Shown: piece by piece, positions 46,377-55,442 of the stretch
Numbering within the stretch: position 1 is the stretch's first letter
Layout of the letters: each line of letters begins with the position of its first letter
IMG/VR virus record: IMGVR_UViG_3300046665_000548
Location: 186,001 to 250,000 of that record
Direction: 5' to 3' (one strand)
Length of the DNA: 64,000 nt
Position numbers and translations under genes: made by a program
Notes under the pieces: generated by a model
Told to the model about the DNA's origin: nothing
Database searches by the model: none
Seen by the model: the letters and a program-made list of their open reading frames with translations, nothing else

Positions 46377-47873
46377 ATGTCCATTGATGATCTTTTGAAG
46401 CACTTCGAGATTTCGTATCCCACGTCCGAAGCAACGCTGCAAAGCGTATCCCCGATATGGGGCGGGGCGATTACCAGCGTCGAAGAGACGAACATGGAAC
46501 AGTTCGTCACCATCATGGAAGATGCCCAGACCGCGTACGAGCAGTGGCGGAACGTCCCGGCTCCTCGTCGGGGCGAACTGATCCGTATCTTTGGAAATCT
46601 CCTTCGAGAGAACAAAGAACAGCTTGGAATGCTCGTCACCGTCGAGAGCGGCAAGATCGTCTCGGAAGGTCTCGGTGAGGTTCAGGAAATGATCGACATC
46701 TGCGATTTCGCGGTTGGTCTCTCGCGGCAGCTATATGGGCTGACCATCGCGACCGAGCGCCGCGACCATCGCATGATGGAGACGTGGCACCCAATGGGCG
46801 TGGTCGGGATCATCTCGGCCTTCAATTTCCCGGTCGCTGTATGGGCCTGGAACGCCGCCCTGGCGCTTGTTTGCGGAAACGCGTGTGTATGGAAGCCTTC
46901 CGAGAAGACCCCTCTCACGGCCCTCGCTACGCAGCGATTATTCCTTCAGGCGTGTGAGCAGTTCGGATCGGATGCTCCGGTTGGCCTATCCGGGCTGATC
47001 ATTGGTGATCATGCAATCGGTAAGCATCTCGTGACGCATCGTCATACGAAAGTCATTTCAGCAACCGGTTCGACTCGGATGGGTAGGCAGGTTGCTGCGG
47101 CAGCGTCGGGTGATTTCAAACGCACCATTCTGGAGCTTGGCGGCAACAACGCGGCGATTGTCTCGATGGCCGCCGATCTTGATCTTGCCATTCGTGGTAT
47201 CGCGTTTGCTGCCATGGGAACGGCTGGACAGCGCTGCACGACGCTTCGTAGGCTCTTTGTGGATGTGACCGTCTATACGCCGTTCCTAGAGCGCTTGAAG
47301 GCAGCCTATTCGAGCGTGAAGATTGGCGACCCTCGCGAGCCCGACACGCTCATTGGCCCGCTGATCGACAGGAATGCCTTCGGAATGATGCAGATGGCTC
47401 TGGAGCAAGCTCGCAGCGAAGGCGGGACCGTTCATGGTGGCGAAGAAGTGGAGGTTACCGGCCGCGCTGGTATCTACGTCAGACCGGCTCTGGTTGAGAT
47501 GCCGGGACAAACTCCCATCATGCTTCGGGAGACCTTCGCGCCTATTCTGTACGTCACCGCGTATAGGTATTTGGAAGATGCCATTCAGATGAATAACGCG
47601 GCCGAACACGGCTTGTCGTCTTCGATCTTCACGAATGACTTGCGTGAGGCCGAACTGTTTCTATCCGCTGCCGGTTCGGATTGCGGCATCGCCAACGTCA
47701 ACATCGGTCCATCTGGCGCAGAGATCGGCGGCGCATTCGGCGGTGAGAAGGATACCGGAGGAGGTCGCGAGTCTGGTTCTGATGCGTGGAAGGCGTACAT
47801 GCGTCGCGCCACGAACACTATCAACTATGGCAGTGATCTCCCGCTAGCCCAGGGCGTCAAGTTCACAGTATAG
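46377..47873 (+). CDS. Aldehyde dehydrogenase family 7 (alpha-aminoadipic semialdehyde/P6C dehydrogenase-like)
   Basis: ISAFNFPVAVW, LELGGNN, GTAGQRCT, ETFAPI, GAEIGGAFGGEKDTGGGRESGSD. Confidence 0.92.
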   Translation: MSIDDLLKHFEISYPTSEATLQSVSPIWGGAITSVEETNMEQFVTIMEDAQTAYEQWRNVPAPRRGELIRIFGNLLRENKEQLGMLVTVESGKIVSEGLGEVQEMIDICDFAVGLSRQLYGLTIATERRDHRMMETWHPMGVVGIISAFNFPVAVWAWNAALALVCGNACVWKPSEKTPLTALATQRLFLQACEQFGSDAPVGLSGLIIGDHAIGKHLVTHRHTKVISATGSTRMGRQVAAAASGDFKRTILELGGNNAAIVSMAADLDLAIRGIAFAAMGTAGQRCTTLRRLFVDVTVYTPFLERLKAAYSSVKIGDPREPDTLIGPLIDRNAFGMMQMALEQARSEGGTVHGGEEVEVTGRAGIYVRPALVEMPGQTPIMLRETFAPILYVTAYRYLEDAIQMNNAAEHGLSSSIFTNDLREAELFLSAAGSDCGIANVNIGPSGAEIGGAFGGEKDTGGGRESGSDAWKAYMRRATNTINYGSDLPLAQGVKFTV

Positions 47874-47882
47874 TATAGTAAC

Positions 47883-47966
47883 GCGGGCGTGCCGGAACCG
47901 GTAGACGGAAGGGACTTAAAATCCCTCGCCTCGTGCGTGCGGGTTCGAGTCCCGCCGCCCGCACCA
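47883..47966 (+). tRNA. tRNA-Leu(TAA), canonical class II
   Basis: GCGGGCG/CGCCCGC, AGGGA-CTTAAAA-TCCCT, variable arm, ACCA. Confidence 0.95.
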
Positions 47967-47976
47967 CTAGGTAGGA

Positions 47977-48591
47977 ATGATCATGCGTGATTTCGATGAG
48001 ATAGCGGAAGGTGTTTACGTTAGACGCGAATACACGCCAGAGCAGATCAAGAAGCTCACCACGCGGCCGAACAAAATGATCAATGATGCGATTGAGAAAT
48101 CTCGCGAGCGCATGAAAGAGGACATGGGACGGTTTGGAAAGAATGGTTTGAAGAAACGGAGCGCATGGCAGTTCGAACAGCCTGCGTCTCGCACCGTTCC
48201 GCTTCGATATATCCCGGACAAATTGGCTTGGGCATATGCGGAAGCAGAGCTTCCGTTTATTCTTTTCATCGATGCTGAAAAATGCTCCTCCCCTGAGATG
48301 TTTGACTGGTGTGCGGAACAGTTCGGTGAACCGTTGCTAAGCGAGCAGCGACCAGTCGATTATCGATCCAGGAGACGTGACAGAGATTATCTTCAAGGCA
48401 AGATTGCCACGACGGATCAAACACGCAATTGCAGGAGAATGTACCGGACCGCTGATGGTGGTGGTCAATGGCTCGGTTGGATATCACTCAATCCGGCAGT
48501 AACGTCAGCGTTCATACTACCTCAGCGCGGCACTTACTGGTTTTTCCGAACAGAGACACAGCGTATTGCTTTTAAGTTGCGTTGGTATTAA
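47977..48591 (+). CDS. W..FKLxW paralog family protein
   Basis: EMFDWCAEQFG...WFFRTETQRIAFKLRWY. Confidence 0.65.
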   Translation: MIMRDFDEIAEGVYVRREYTPEQIKKLTTRPNKMINDAIEKSRERMKEDMGRFGKNGLKKRSAWQFEQPASRTVPLRYIPDKLAWAYAEAELPFILFIDAEKCSSPEMFDWCAEQFGEPLLSEQRPVDYRSRRRDRDYLQGKIATTDQTRNCRRMYRTADGGGQWLGWISLNPAVTSAFILPQRGTYWFFRTETQRIAFKLRWY

Positions 48592-49018
48592 GTAACTGCG
48601 TGGGTTCAGTCTCATCTATCAAGGTCCAGACTGACGTTAGGCGTTCGTGCGTGAGCGATGTTCGCCTGGACCATTAAAAGCAAACGGTGAACGTAGCTCA
48701 CGGGGCGTTCATCTACTCGGAGACGCGGGGCGAGGCGGATGCCGTTCGGAGCCCGGCCGGGGGCGAGAAGCGTAAGGGAAGAGCGATTGGTGATTATATA
48801 AGCCGTCGCTCTTCCTCTTCTTGTTTCCTAAGACCAGAACCTACATACCTCACAACGACAATCAGGACTGTGCTCGTCCATTAGTTCGTTTTGGACCTTC
48901 GAGTCATGCATCGCCGCTAGTCCGAACTGCCGAAGCAGTTCGATGACGTTTGCTTTCGCATTGTCCTGAGTAACGGCCATCACGATCTTCTCGGCTGTCT
49001 CAACAAGCATGGATCACC

Positions 49019-50179
49019 TTAGAAATAATTTTCGCCTTCATAGCCGTTGGCGGTCTTAAACGTGCCGTGAAAGCCAAACCAACTAATCTGATCAGTCGGT
49101 TGAATTTCATGTGTCGCGTGTTCGTCGCGACCCCATAAGCTATAGCTGTTTCTACTGCGGGAAAGGATGTGATCGAGCTTATTGTGCTCGGTCAAACTTT
49201 TGATGTGAAGGAGGCTAAGATGCGCTGGTTTGTTGTGGTAAATGGTCCTGGAGTATAGCCCCCACGTCTCGCCCATCTGTCCGATGATGCAGCCATAATT
49301 ATTAATGGCGGCCATGGCTTCTGAGAGACTGCCAAACGGCTTGAGAGCGTATGAAAACTCAGGAGCCGCCGCTGATACAGCGACGCATGTGATGTAGCCA
49401 GAACCTTCGATTTGCGCGCCGTTCTTGCACGCATCGTTGATGTATTTTTCCGCATCAGCAGGAGTGATCGCTTCTCCGGCAGTGATCTCGCTGATCTTAG
49501 GGGACGAGACCGCGACGAACACTGTCTTGTTGTCCTTACCCTGGGTTTCGATGATGAAACTCTTTTTTGTGGCGGTAAGGAAGCTGCGTGTCTGATAGGT
49601 TTCTTTTTTGATCAAGAACATGTTGCCGAGGTATCGACCTTCGACACCGTTGTGCATGATCACGCGATCACCGCCCTTAACGTCTTTCAGGCTAACCTTC
49701 TTCGAAACGCGCTCGGTGTTAGCGGATGCCGCCTTATAGGCTTCACTTGAAATCGGCAGGAGAATGTTGTCCGCGCCCAGACGACCCCAGGTACACTTTT
49801 CGAGGATTTCACCATTCTCGACAGTCGTGCAGGCGAGGATCGAAGCAAGGTTCGGGCTGGTGATCTCAAGCTCGAAACCACGTGGGTCTTCGATGCGCCA
49901 CTTGACGTTGCCCTGGCCCCATCCGCTGTAATTGTGCCGGATGTTACGGCCTAGCTTGAAGCCGCTGAGCGGCTTGTTTTCGAATGACTGTGCGGGAATC
50001 TTGTTTTTATTGCCGCCACCAGCCCACGAATCGACCGTAGACTTGCGCTTTACCGCTGCTGCGTCGTCACCATCTGGAGTCATAAAGCCGAGAGGTATCT
50101 CGTCGTCACCACGCTTGTTGAAGCCCACGTAATGCTGAGCGGGTATCTTGATCGACTTGTTATCGCCTGAGATAGACAT
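49019..50179 (-). CDS. Jumbo-phage-type hypothetical protein
   Basis: 386-aa ORF; WRIEDPRGFELEI motif; GGGGAA RBS. Confidence 0.7.
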   Translation of the reverse strand: MSISGDNKSIKIPAQHYVGFNKRGDDEIPLGFMTPDGDDAAAVKRKSTVDSWAGGGNKNKIPAQSFENKPLSGFKLGRNIRHNYSGWGQGNVKWRIEDPRGFELEITSPNLASILACTTVENGEILEKCTWGRLGADNILLPISSEAYKAASANTERVSKKVSLKDVKGGDRVIMHNGVEGRYLGNMFLIKKETYQTRSFLTATKKSFIIETQGKDNKTVFVAVSSPKISEITAGEAITPADAEKYINDACKNGAQIEGSGYITCVAVSAAAPEFSYALKPFGSLSEAMAAINNYGCIIGQMGETWGLYSRTIYHNKPAHLSLLHIKSLTEHNKLDHILSRSRNSYSLWGRDEHATHEIQPTDQISWFGFHGTFKTANGYEGENYF

Positions 50180-50752
50180 ACAGTAATTCCCCTATTTGCG
50201 GGATGATGTCTATACTATCCAGAAGCAAGTTTCAAATACAGAGCGTAGTTTTCTTCAAGGTTCTTGATCGCTTCGAGGTACGGTTTTGCAGCCTCGATCA
50301 TGGCGGCTTTCTTTGCCTCGTTCATCTCATCTTTGAGTTCTTGAATTTGAACAAGCATCTCTTGAAGAGATTCGTTCTCCGCGACAGCAGCAAATTCACT
50401 GTTGCCGTGATGGCGCGAGATTTCCGCTCGCGCTCTTCTCAGTGCATCGCCGTTAGACATGATGGTCACAAGTCTCTTAGTGGCTTCCAAACCGCGTCTG
50501 GTATCAGGCGTTCCGTGCCGTCTTTGGCCACACATTTATGCCCATAATTGGTGACGGCATCCCATCCACGGCTTGCACAGAACTCGTTATGAATTTTTTC
50601 CCTCAGCGCTGAATGCTTATTGGCCGAAGGGATCGCCAAGAATAGGGTAAACACTAGAGCGACCGCCAGAGCGACCCCTGCCCATATTAACGGAGTAGAG
50701 AGTTTGTAGCTCACGCCGGTCTTAACCACTACTGTTTCTCTTTCTGTAGGCA

Positions 50753-51368
50753 TCACGCCCCCATAGCAAGCATTAGTCGATCCACGCCGACCGCCCATCC
50801 TACACCTTCCTGGTAAGTTCCGCCACCAGCAACTTGCTTTTGAGCGCCTAAACTTTCCACGGCGGCTTCGAAACCGTCCTCGACATAGTAGGATAGACCT
50901 CGTTTTACCGAATCGCTCCAAGTATAGGCCATGCCAAGCTTATCCAAGCAAAGTCGCAAAAGTTGTTTTGCTTGATCTGATTCGGCCGAACCAAGCATCT
51001 CGATGCCGAACTGGGTGAATTCGCGGTAGCGGCCCTTCTGGGGGCGCTCGTAGCGGTAGCAGCGCTGCACATAGAAGACGTTGCGGGTCTTCATGCGCTT
51101 GGACCAATCGTCCCGCCACGTCTCCTGAACGAGCCCGGTAACTTCAGGAATCAGGCACACGTTGCGTTCGCCCTTATCCTGGAAACGCCACATCATCTGG
51201 GAATTCTCGGCCCCGACTTTTTCATCAAAGGTGGCGCTCTCCCAAATGCTTGGGACAATAATTTCCTCGAATTCAGCGTCGATGAAGACACTCCCGAAGA
51301 GTATTGACAACCTTATTGTAGAGCCGGGCCTCGTCGCCGGACAAAATTCGTGTTCCTCTTAACATCAT
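50753..51368 (-). CDS. Minimal histidyl-tRNA synthetase-like catalytic core, interrupted by a +1 frameshift near 51299-51293
   Basis: Frame 1: MMLRGTRILSGDEARLYNKVVNTLR (stop at 51273). Frame 2: VFIDAEFEEIIVP (motif 1), YRYERPQKGRYREFTQ (motif 2), RGLSYY, GGG.Y, GWAVGVDRL (motif 3). No insertion or anticodon domain. Confidence 0.8.
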
Positions 51369-51414
51369 ATTCTCCATTCAGTTGCAATTTTGTGTTTTCG
51401 TGGTATTTTTAGGC

Positions 51415-51780
51415 ATGGAACCTGACGAGGAAGATGGCAAAGGATTGGCCCTGCAAGTCATAGCGGGTCGTGATTCAATCTCCATCCACGCGTCTGCTTA
51501 TGAATCCAACTTTTGGCTTCCGCATCAAGATGACTCAGCTTGGTCGATGGTTCTGTGCCCGGTCGGTAACATTCCAGGCCATTATCGAGTAGAGCCTGAC
51601 GACGCATATATCGAACTCGACGGCCATCCTCGTTATCTTCACGCGTCTCGATGCATCGCTCGTCTCCAGGTTCAATTTCCGAGGCTAACTCGCCGCTTTG
51701 ACGGAGAGAACAGGCTCTACATCGAAATCCACAACGAAGACCTTCTCCACTTTCGAATGTTTTGGGAGATGATCGACTAG
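51415..51780 (+). CDS. Hypothetical protein, distant member of the C-terminal FxxxW family
   Basis: Ends EDLLHFRMFWEMID. Confidence 0.55.
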   Translation: MEPDEEDGKGLALQVIAGRDSISIHASAYESNFWLPHQDDSAWSMVLCPVGNIPGHYRVEPDDAYIELDGHPRYLHASRCIARLQVQFPRLTRRFDGENRLYIEIHNEDLLHFRMFWEMID

Positions 51781-51824
51781 CGGTTGGTAATCACGTTGTC
51801 TTGGAACATATTGGTTCCTTTTAT

Positions 51825-51900
51825 TGGTACCAGTTGGGAGAATCGAACTCACCGTATTCCGATCCACAGTCGGACGCTACTACCATTGAGCTAAACTGGC
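51825..51900 (-). tRNA. tRNA-His(GTG), alphaproteobacterial type (no G-1, G1:U72, A73)
   Basis: GCCAGTT/AACTGGT-A-CCA; TCCGA-CTGTGGA-TCGGA; T at position -1. Confidence 0.92.
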
Positions 51901-51911
51901 ATATGTATGTG

Positions 51912-51987
51912 TGGGGTGACTAACGGGTACCGCCCCCGCTTAAACCGCTTCACAGGCGGTCCTCTGATCTTACCGAGTCTAGTCACC
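51912..51987 (-). tRNA. tRNA-His(GTG), canonical G-1:C73 type, with atypical D and T loops
   Basis: G-GTGACTA/TAGTCAC-C-CCA; ACCGC-CTGTGAA-GCGGT; T loop GGCGGTA. Confidence 0.8.
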
Positions 51988-51988
51988 A

Positions 51989-52022
51989 TAGAAAAAGCCC
52001 CCGATCTTGCGACCGAGGGCTT
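51989..52022 (-). terminator. Attenuator terminator upstream of the tRNA-His pair
   Basis: AAGCCCTCGGTC-GCAA-GATCGGGGGCTT followed by TTTCT. Confidence 0.9.
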
Positions 52023-52049
52023 CGAAAACTCAACCGATGAAGACGCGCG

Positions 52050-52130
52050 TTATCGCATCACGGTTGGCCGAAGCCCCGAGGTATGATGCGAATGCTGGTG
52101 CGAGAAGTTCTTCATGATGGGGTATTTATA
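52050..52130 (-). promoter_or_regulatory. Late promoter plus His-rich leader peptide MKNFSHQHSHHTSGLRPTVMR
   Basis: TATAAATA at 52123-52130, ATG 52115; in frame with the tail of ORF 52050-52637; antiterminator pairing with the terminator arm. Confidence 0.8.
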
Positions 52131-52637
52131 CTTGTGGTTTGTGTCATCGTCAAGTTGTTTTTCCAATATGAAGGAATGGGTGGTTTCCTTCAGCAGTTCA
52201 GCCACGCCATTTGCGGCCGAAACCATCTCAGCGTGTCGGTCGCCGGGGATTTTCCCCTCCAAACTATTCGCGGTGCCGTGCAACCAGGATAGCGCGGTTG
52301 GATAATTGATGTCGAAATTCGGAGCCATTTTCTCGTCAATTCCCTCGTCGGAAATCTGAGCGAGCGGATAGATGCTCCTGATCATGTATGAGGCGATGTA
52401 TTCGAACAGCCACCACTGAATATCACCCCTGGGATGCTTCCATTCAAGCTTCCTCGGAGAGATGCGCCAAAACCAAAAAGTTTCGTCTTCTGGCGTCAGA
52501 ACGCTGATCCCGTTGTCGCCGTAAAGCTCGATGCGCAAGCAACCATCGAACCGTGATGCGTTGACCTCACGCAGTTTTTCCACGCACAGATTGAGATCGA
52601 TGTTTTTCTTGAAGGAAACGAATGCGCAATTACCCAT
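52050..52637 (-). CDS. Hypothetical protein whose last 21 codons double as the His leader
   Basis: ORF track. Confidence 0.6.
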   Translation of the reverse strand: MGNCAFVSFKKNIDLNLCVEKLREVNASRFDGCLRIELYGDNGISVLTPEDETFWFWRISPRKLEWKHPRGDIQWWLFEYIASYMIRSIYPLAQISDEGIDEKMAPNFDINYPTALSWLHGTANSLEGKIPGDRHAEMVSAANGVAELLKETTHSFILEKQLDDDTNHKYKYPIMKNFSHQHSHHTSGLRPTVMR

Positions 52638-52883
52638 CTATGCTAATCTCCCCATCCCGCCCGATTGCATGCGCTGTTGAAGCGGCGTGAGTGGCTTTTT
52701 GCGCTGCCCCCTGGTTTTCCTGCCATGTTCGAAGAACGCCCTCGCGGTTTCGCGCACCTTCTCATCTTGGATATGGGCAACCGATTGCCATACCGACCGA
52801 TAAGGTGCCGGGCGTTGACGGTTAGGAGTTTTATCCTTCGCATAGGCTTTCCACGAAGGTCTGCGACGAGCTTTTCTTGCCAT
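52638..52883 (-). CDS. Small basic protein
   Basis: Arg/Lys-rich 81-aa ORF. Confidence 0.55.
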   Translation of the reverse strand: MARKARRRPSWKAYAKDKTPNRQRPAPYRSVWQSVAHIQDEKVRETARAFFEHGRKTRGQRKKPLTPLQQRMQSGGMGRLA

Positions 52884-52970
52884 TTCGGCCTCTTGGTTCG
52901 GTCTAGACTGTATCAGGTAGTCGGCTATTGCTCAAGCGTTTGCCCTTAATATCATTGGGTAAATAGAGCC

Positions 52971-54353
52971 ATGCGCCAGTTCATCACCCTTATTGAAAAA
53001 TTGCTTACGAATACTGGGATTACCCGGAATCCCTATCGTATTTCAACTCGTCTACCGACCGGCAAGACAGCGACCGAAAATCCCTTCGATCATGCGCTGA
53101 CAGTTGATGTGGATTCCGCCAAGAAAGACCCCAAGTCCTTTGAGCACAACGTAAACCTTGTGAAGGGATACGCCGCGATCCCGCATGATCTCCATGGCGG
53201 AAGCCATGAAGAGGTAGCAGACCACTTTATCAATCACGTCAAAGATAATCTGCTTTGGCTCCATGACAAAATGCCAGAAGCGGTTCGTGAACGCGCCCGC
53301 AAATGGTATGACGGCGCGAATAAGCTGACCGAAGAACGAGCGCGCGAGTACGGTCTTCCTCACAGCACTACTGCTGCGGTGTACGCCGCTCTATCTCCGC
53401 AGAAGGCATGGCATGAAAATGTTGCTCTTGGTGATCGCGTCCTTGAAGCATTCCTGCGTAAGCAGAAGTCTGGTTGGACCGATGCCATGGAGGCGGTCGC
53501 GCAACGCATTTGGATGAACGACCGCAATCGTCCGATCCATATGGCGATTAAAGACAAGAAACTGTCCCAGCTTGAGGATATCGATCACATTGCGGCTTGG
53601 ATTCGTACCTATGATGAAGCGCACAATCCGAACTCATATCAGACAGTTGAGCCAGAAGGCCGTCTAGGACGCCCCTATACGAACCGTGATGCTTACGGAC
53701 ATGGCACAAAGAACCCAGAGGCACATGCATCGGTGCGCTGGGGCTCTCTGGCGGAAATCGGAAAGGCTGTTGCAGCGATCAATGCAGGCGACGATCTGGA
53801 AAAGATTTCAGAATTGATGGGTGAGCGCCATAAGGTTCGTAATTTCTACAACAATATTGTCGATCCGAACGGCCAGCACGGCGATGTGACGATTGATACG
53901 CACGCGGTCGCGGGTGGCCTTCTTCATCCCCTCGGCGGAAACACGACTGAGGTTGCGCATAACTTCAAGAACTCTCTTCCGGCCGGTCACAAAGATTCGG
54001 ATACTTTCGTGGCAGCGAAGGGCTCTGTTATTAACGGCGTGAAGGGCACATATCCGCTCTATGCGGACGCGTACCGCCGCGCTGCTAAAGAACGTAATCT
54101 TTTGGCACGCGAGATGCAGTCTATTACTTGGGAAGCCGCCAAGGGGTTGTTCAACGGCAAGGGTAATGGCAAGGCTAAACATCTTGCGCAAATCAAGTCT
54201 CTGTGGCAGCAATACCAATCAGGCAAGATGAGCGCTCATGATGTTCGAGAGAAAATTCACGACTTGTCTGGTGGCATTGCGATGCCTGATTGGGCATCAG
54301 ATCAGGCCGGAAAACCATCTGCTGCGCCAGTAGACTTGGGAGGAAAAAAATGA
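52971..54353 (+). CDS. Late protein with putative HhH DNA-glycosylase-like (polyvalent-protein) domain
   Basis: WYDGA, AALSPQKAW, KVRNFYNNI, VTIDTH, MQSITW pattern; TAAATA 5 nt upstream; starts MRQFITLIE. Confidence 0.5.
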   Translation: MRQFITLIEKLLTNTGITRNPYRISTRLPTGKTATENPFDHALTVDVDSAKKDPKSFEHNVNLVKGYAAIPHDLHGGSHEEVADHFINHVKDNLLWLHDKMPEAVRERARKWYDGANKLTEERAREYGLPHSTTAAVYAALSPQKAWHENVALGDRVLEAFLRKQKSGWTDAMEAVAQRIWMNDRNRPIHMAIKDKKLSQLEDIDHIAAWIRTYDEAHNPNSYQTVEPEGRLGRPYTNRDAYGHGTKNPEAHASVRWGSLAEIGKAVAAINAGDDLEKISELMGERHKVRNFYNNIVDPNGQHGDVTIDTHAVAGGLLHPLGGNTTEVAHNFKNSLPAGHKDSDTFVAAKGSVINGVKGTYPLYADAYRRAAKERNLLAREMQSITWEAAKGLFNGKGNGKAKHLAQIKSLWQQYQSGKMSAHDVREKIHDLSGGIAMPDWASDQAGKPSAAPVDLGGKK

Positions 54354-54577
54354 CCGACGAAGTAAAGTTCACTGACGACGAGATCAACGCCGATCCTATC
54401 CTATTTGGTTTACATCGCGATGGGATTCCGCTCACTCGCGAAAACTACATTATCCGAAACTGGGGCATGCTGCCGGTGGATTGGGACGCCGAATCCGAAG
54501 ACGCACTTCCTGAGAAGTTTCAAAACTGGGATCAGTTCGAAAAACCCGCTCCTTCCGTTCCTCCTGCTCGTCGGTAA
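54350..54577 (+). CDS. Small acidic protein coupled to the preceding gene
   Basis: ATGA overlap; MTDEVKF...TRENYI...WDAESE. Confidence 0.6.
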   Translation: MTDEVKFTDDEINADPILFGLHRDGIPLTRENYIIRNWGMLPVDWDAESEDALPEKFQNWDQFEKPAPSVPPARR

Positions 54578-54921
54578 GAACGAAGCTTGTTTACATCTTC
54601 CGCCCGGTGCCAGCCTATGTCGCTTTGGGAAAGCCCCAGTTCAGTAACGATATGGCTGACCAGGAAGGTGGAGTTCTCCAACGATCTTTTGCCCGGTCTA
54701 TTAGATACCATTGGGAAATAGATCGAACACGTTTTTGCGGGGAAACCAACATACGTGCGTACCGAGAACAAGAAACCATGCAACTCTAATTCGACTGCTT
54801 CGTAATGGCTCAATTGATCTTCATCTGTGTACGTGGAAAACCCTAGAGCTTTCACTTCTATGTTCAAGACCGCCGCTGGCTCAGCATTATCCCACAGACG
54901 ATTATTAGATACTTTCAGCAC
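54532..54921 (-). CDS. Hypothetical protein
   Basis: ORF track. Confidence 0.5.
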   Translation of the reverse strand: MLKVSNNRLWDNAEPAAVLNIEVKALGFSTYTDEDQLSHYEAVELELHGFLFSVRTYVGFPAKTCSIYFPMVSNRPGKRSLENSTFLVSHIVTELGLSQSDIGWHRAEDVNKLRSYRRAGGTEGAGFSN

Positions 54922-54956
54922 GATAAATACTCACAAATCCTTTGGGAGACCCTTTA

Positions 54957-55415
54957 ATGACTATTACCGTTTCACCGACTACTGAACAAGTAGCAAATTC
55001 ATGGGCAGCAAGCCACAGCTTGGTTCGTCCAAACTGCACGCTTTTCCCGTCGCAAAACGCCGTAGACAACCGCACCTACGTTGCGAATGCGGAATTGGCC
55101 GAGAACCCCGCAATCACCTATCTTAAGGCCGAGCTTGATGGACAGATCGCCGCCGTTGTGATGGGCTACGAGAGCGAGCCAGATGTGTATCGGGTACGAG
55201 TTCTGCGTATCGCACAAACTGACTTGTGGATTGATCTGGGCGAAGCTCTGGTTAGTGCCATGATCGCCCAAGCACAACTTGAGGGATGCACATCTATTTG
55301 GGCCACCGTGGTCCCCGAGCGCCTTCCGATTTGGGTCGATCTCGATTTTGACGTTGGTGAGTATATCGCCGCATCGGAGACCTACAAGGTCAGCCGACTA
55401 GTTCCCACCACCTAA
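54957..55415 (+). CDS. GNAT-fold-like late protein
   Basis: TAAATA at 54924 and GGGAG RBS; beta/alpha pattern like GNAT but no clear acetyl-CoA motif. Confidence 0.45.
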   Translation: MTITVSPTTEQVANSWAASHSLVRPNCTLFPSQNAVDNRTYVANAELAENPAITYLKAELDGQIAAVVMGYESEPDVYRVRVLRIAQTDLWIDLGEALVSAMIAQAQLEGCTSIWATVVPERLPIWVDLDFDVGEYIAASETYKVSRLVPTT

Positions 55416-55442
55416 CAAAAACGCCCCATTAGGGGCGTTTTT

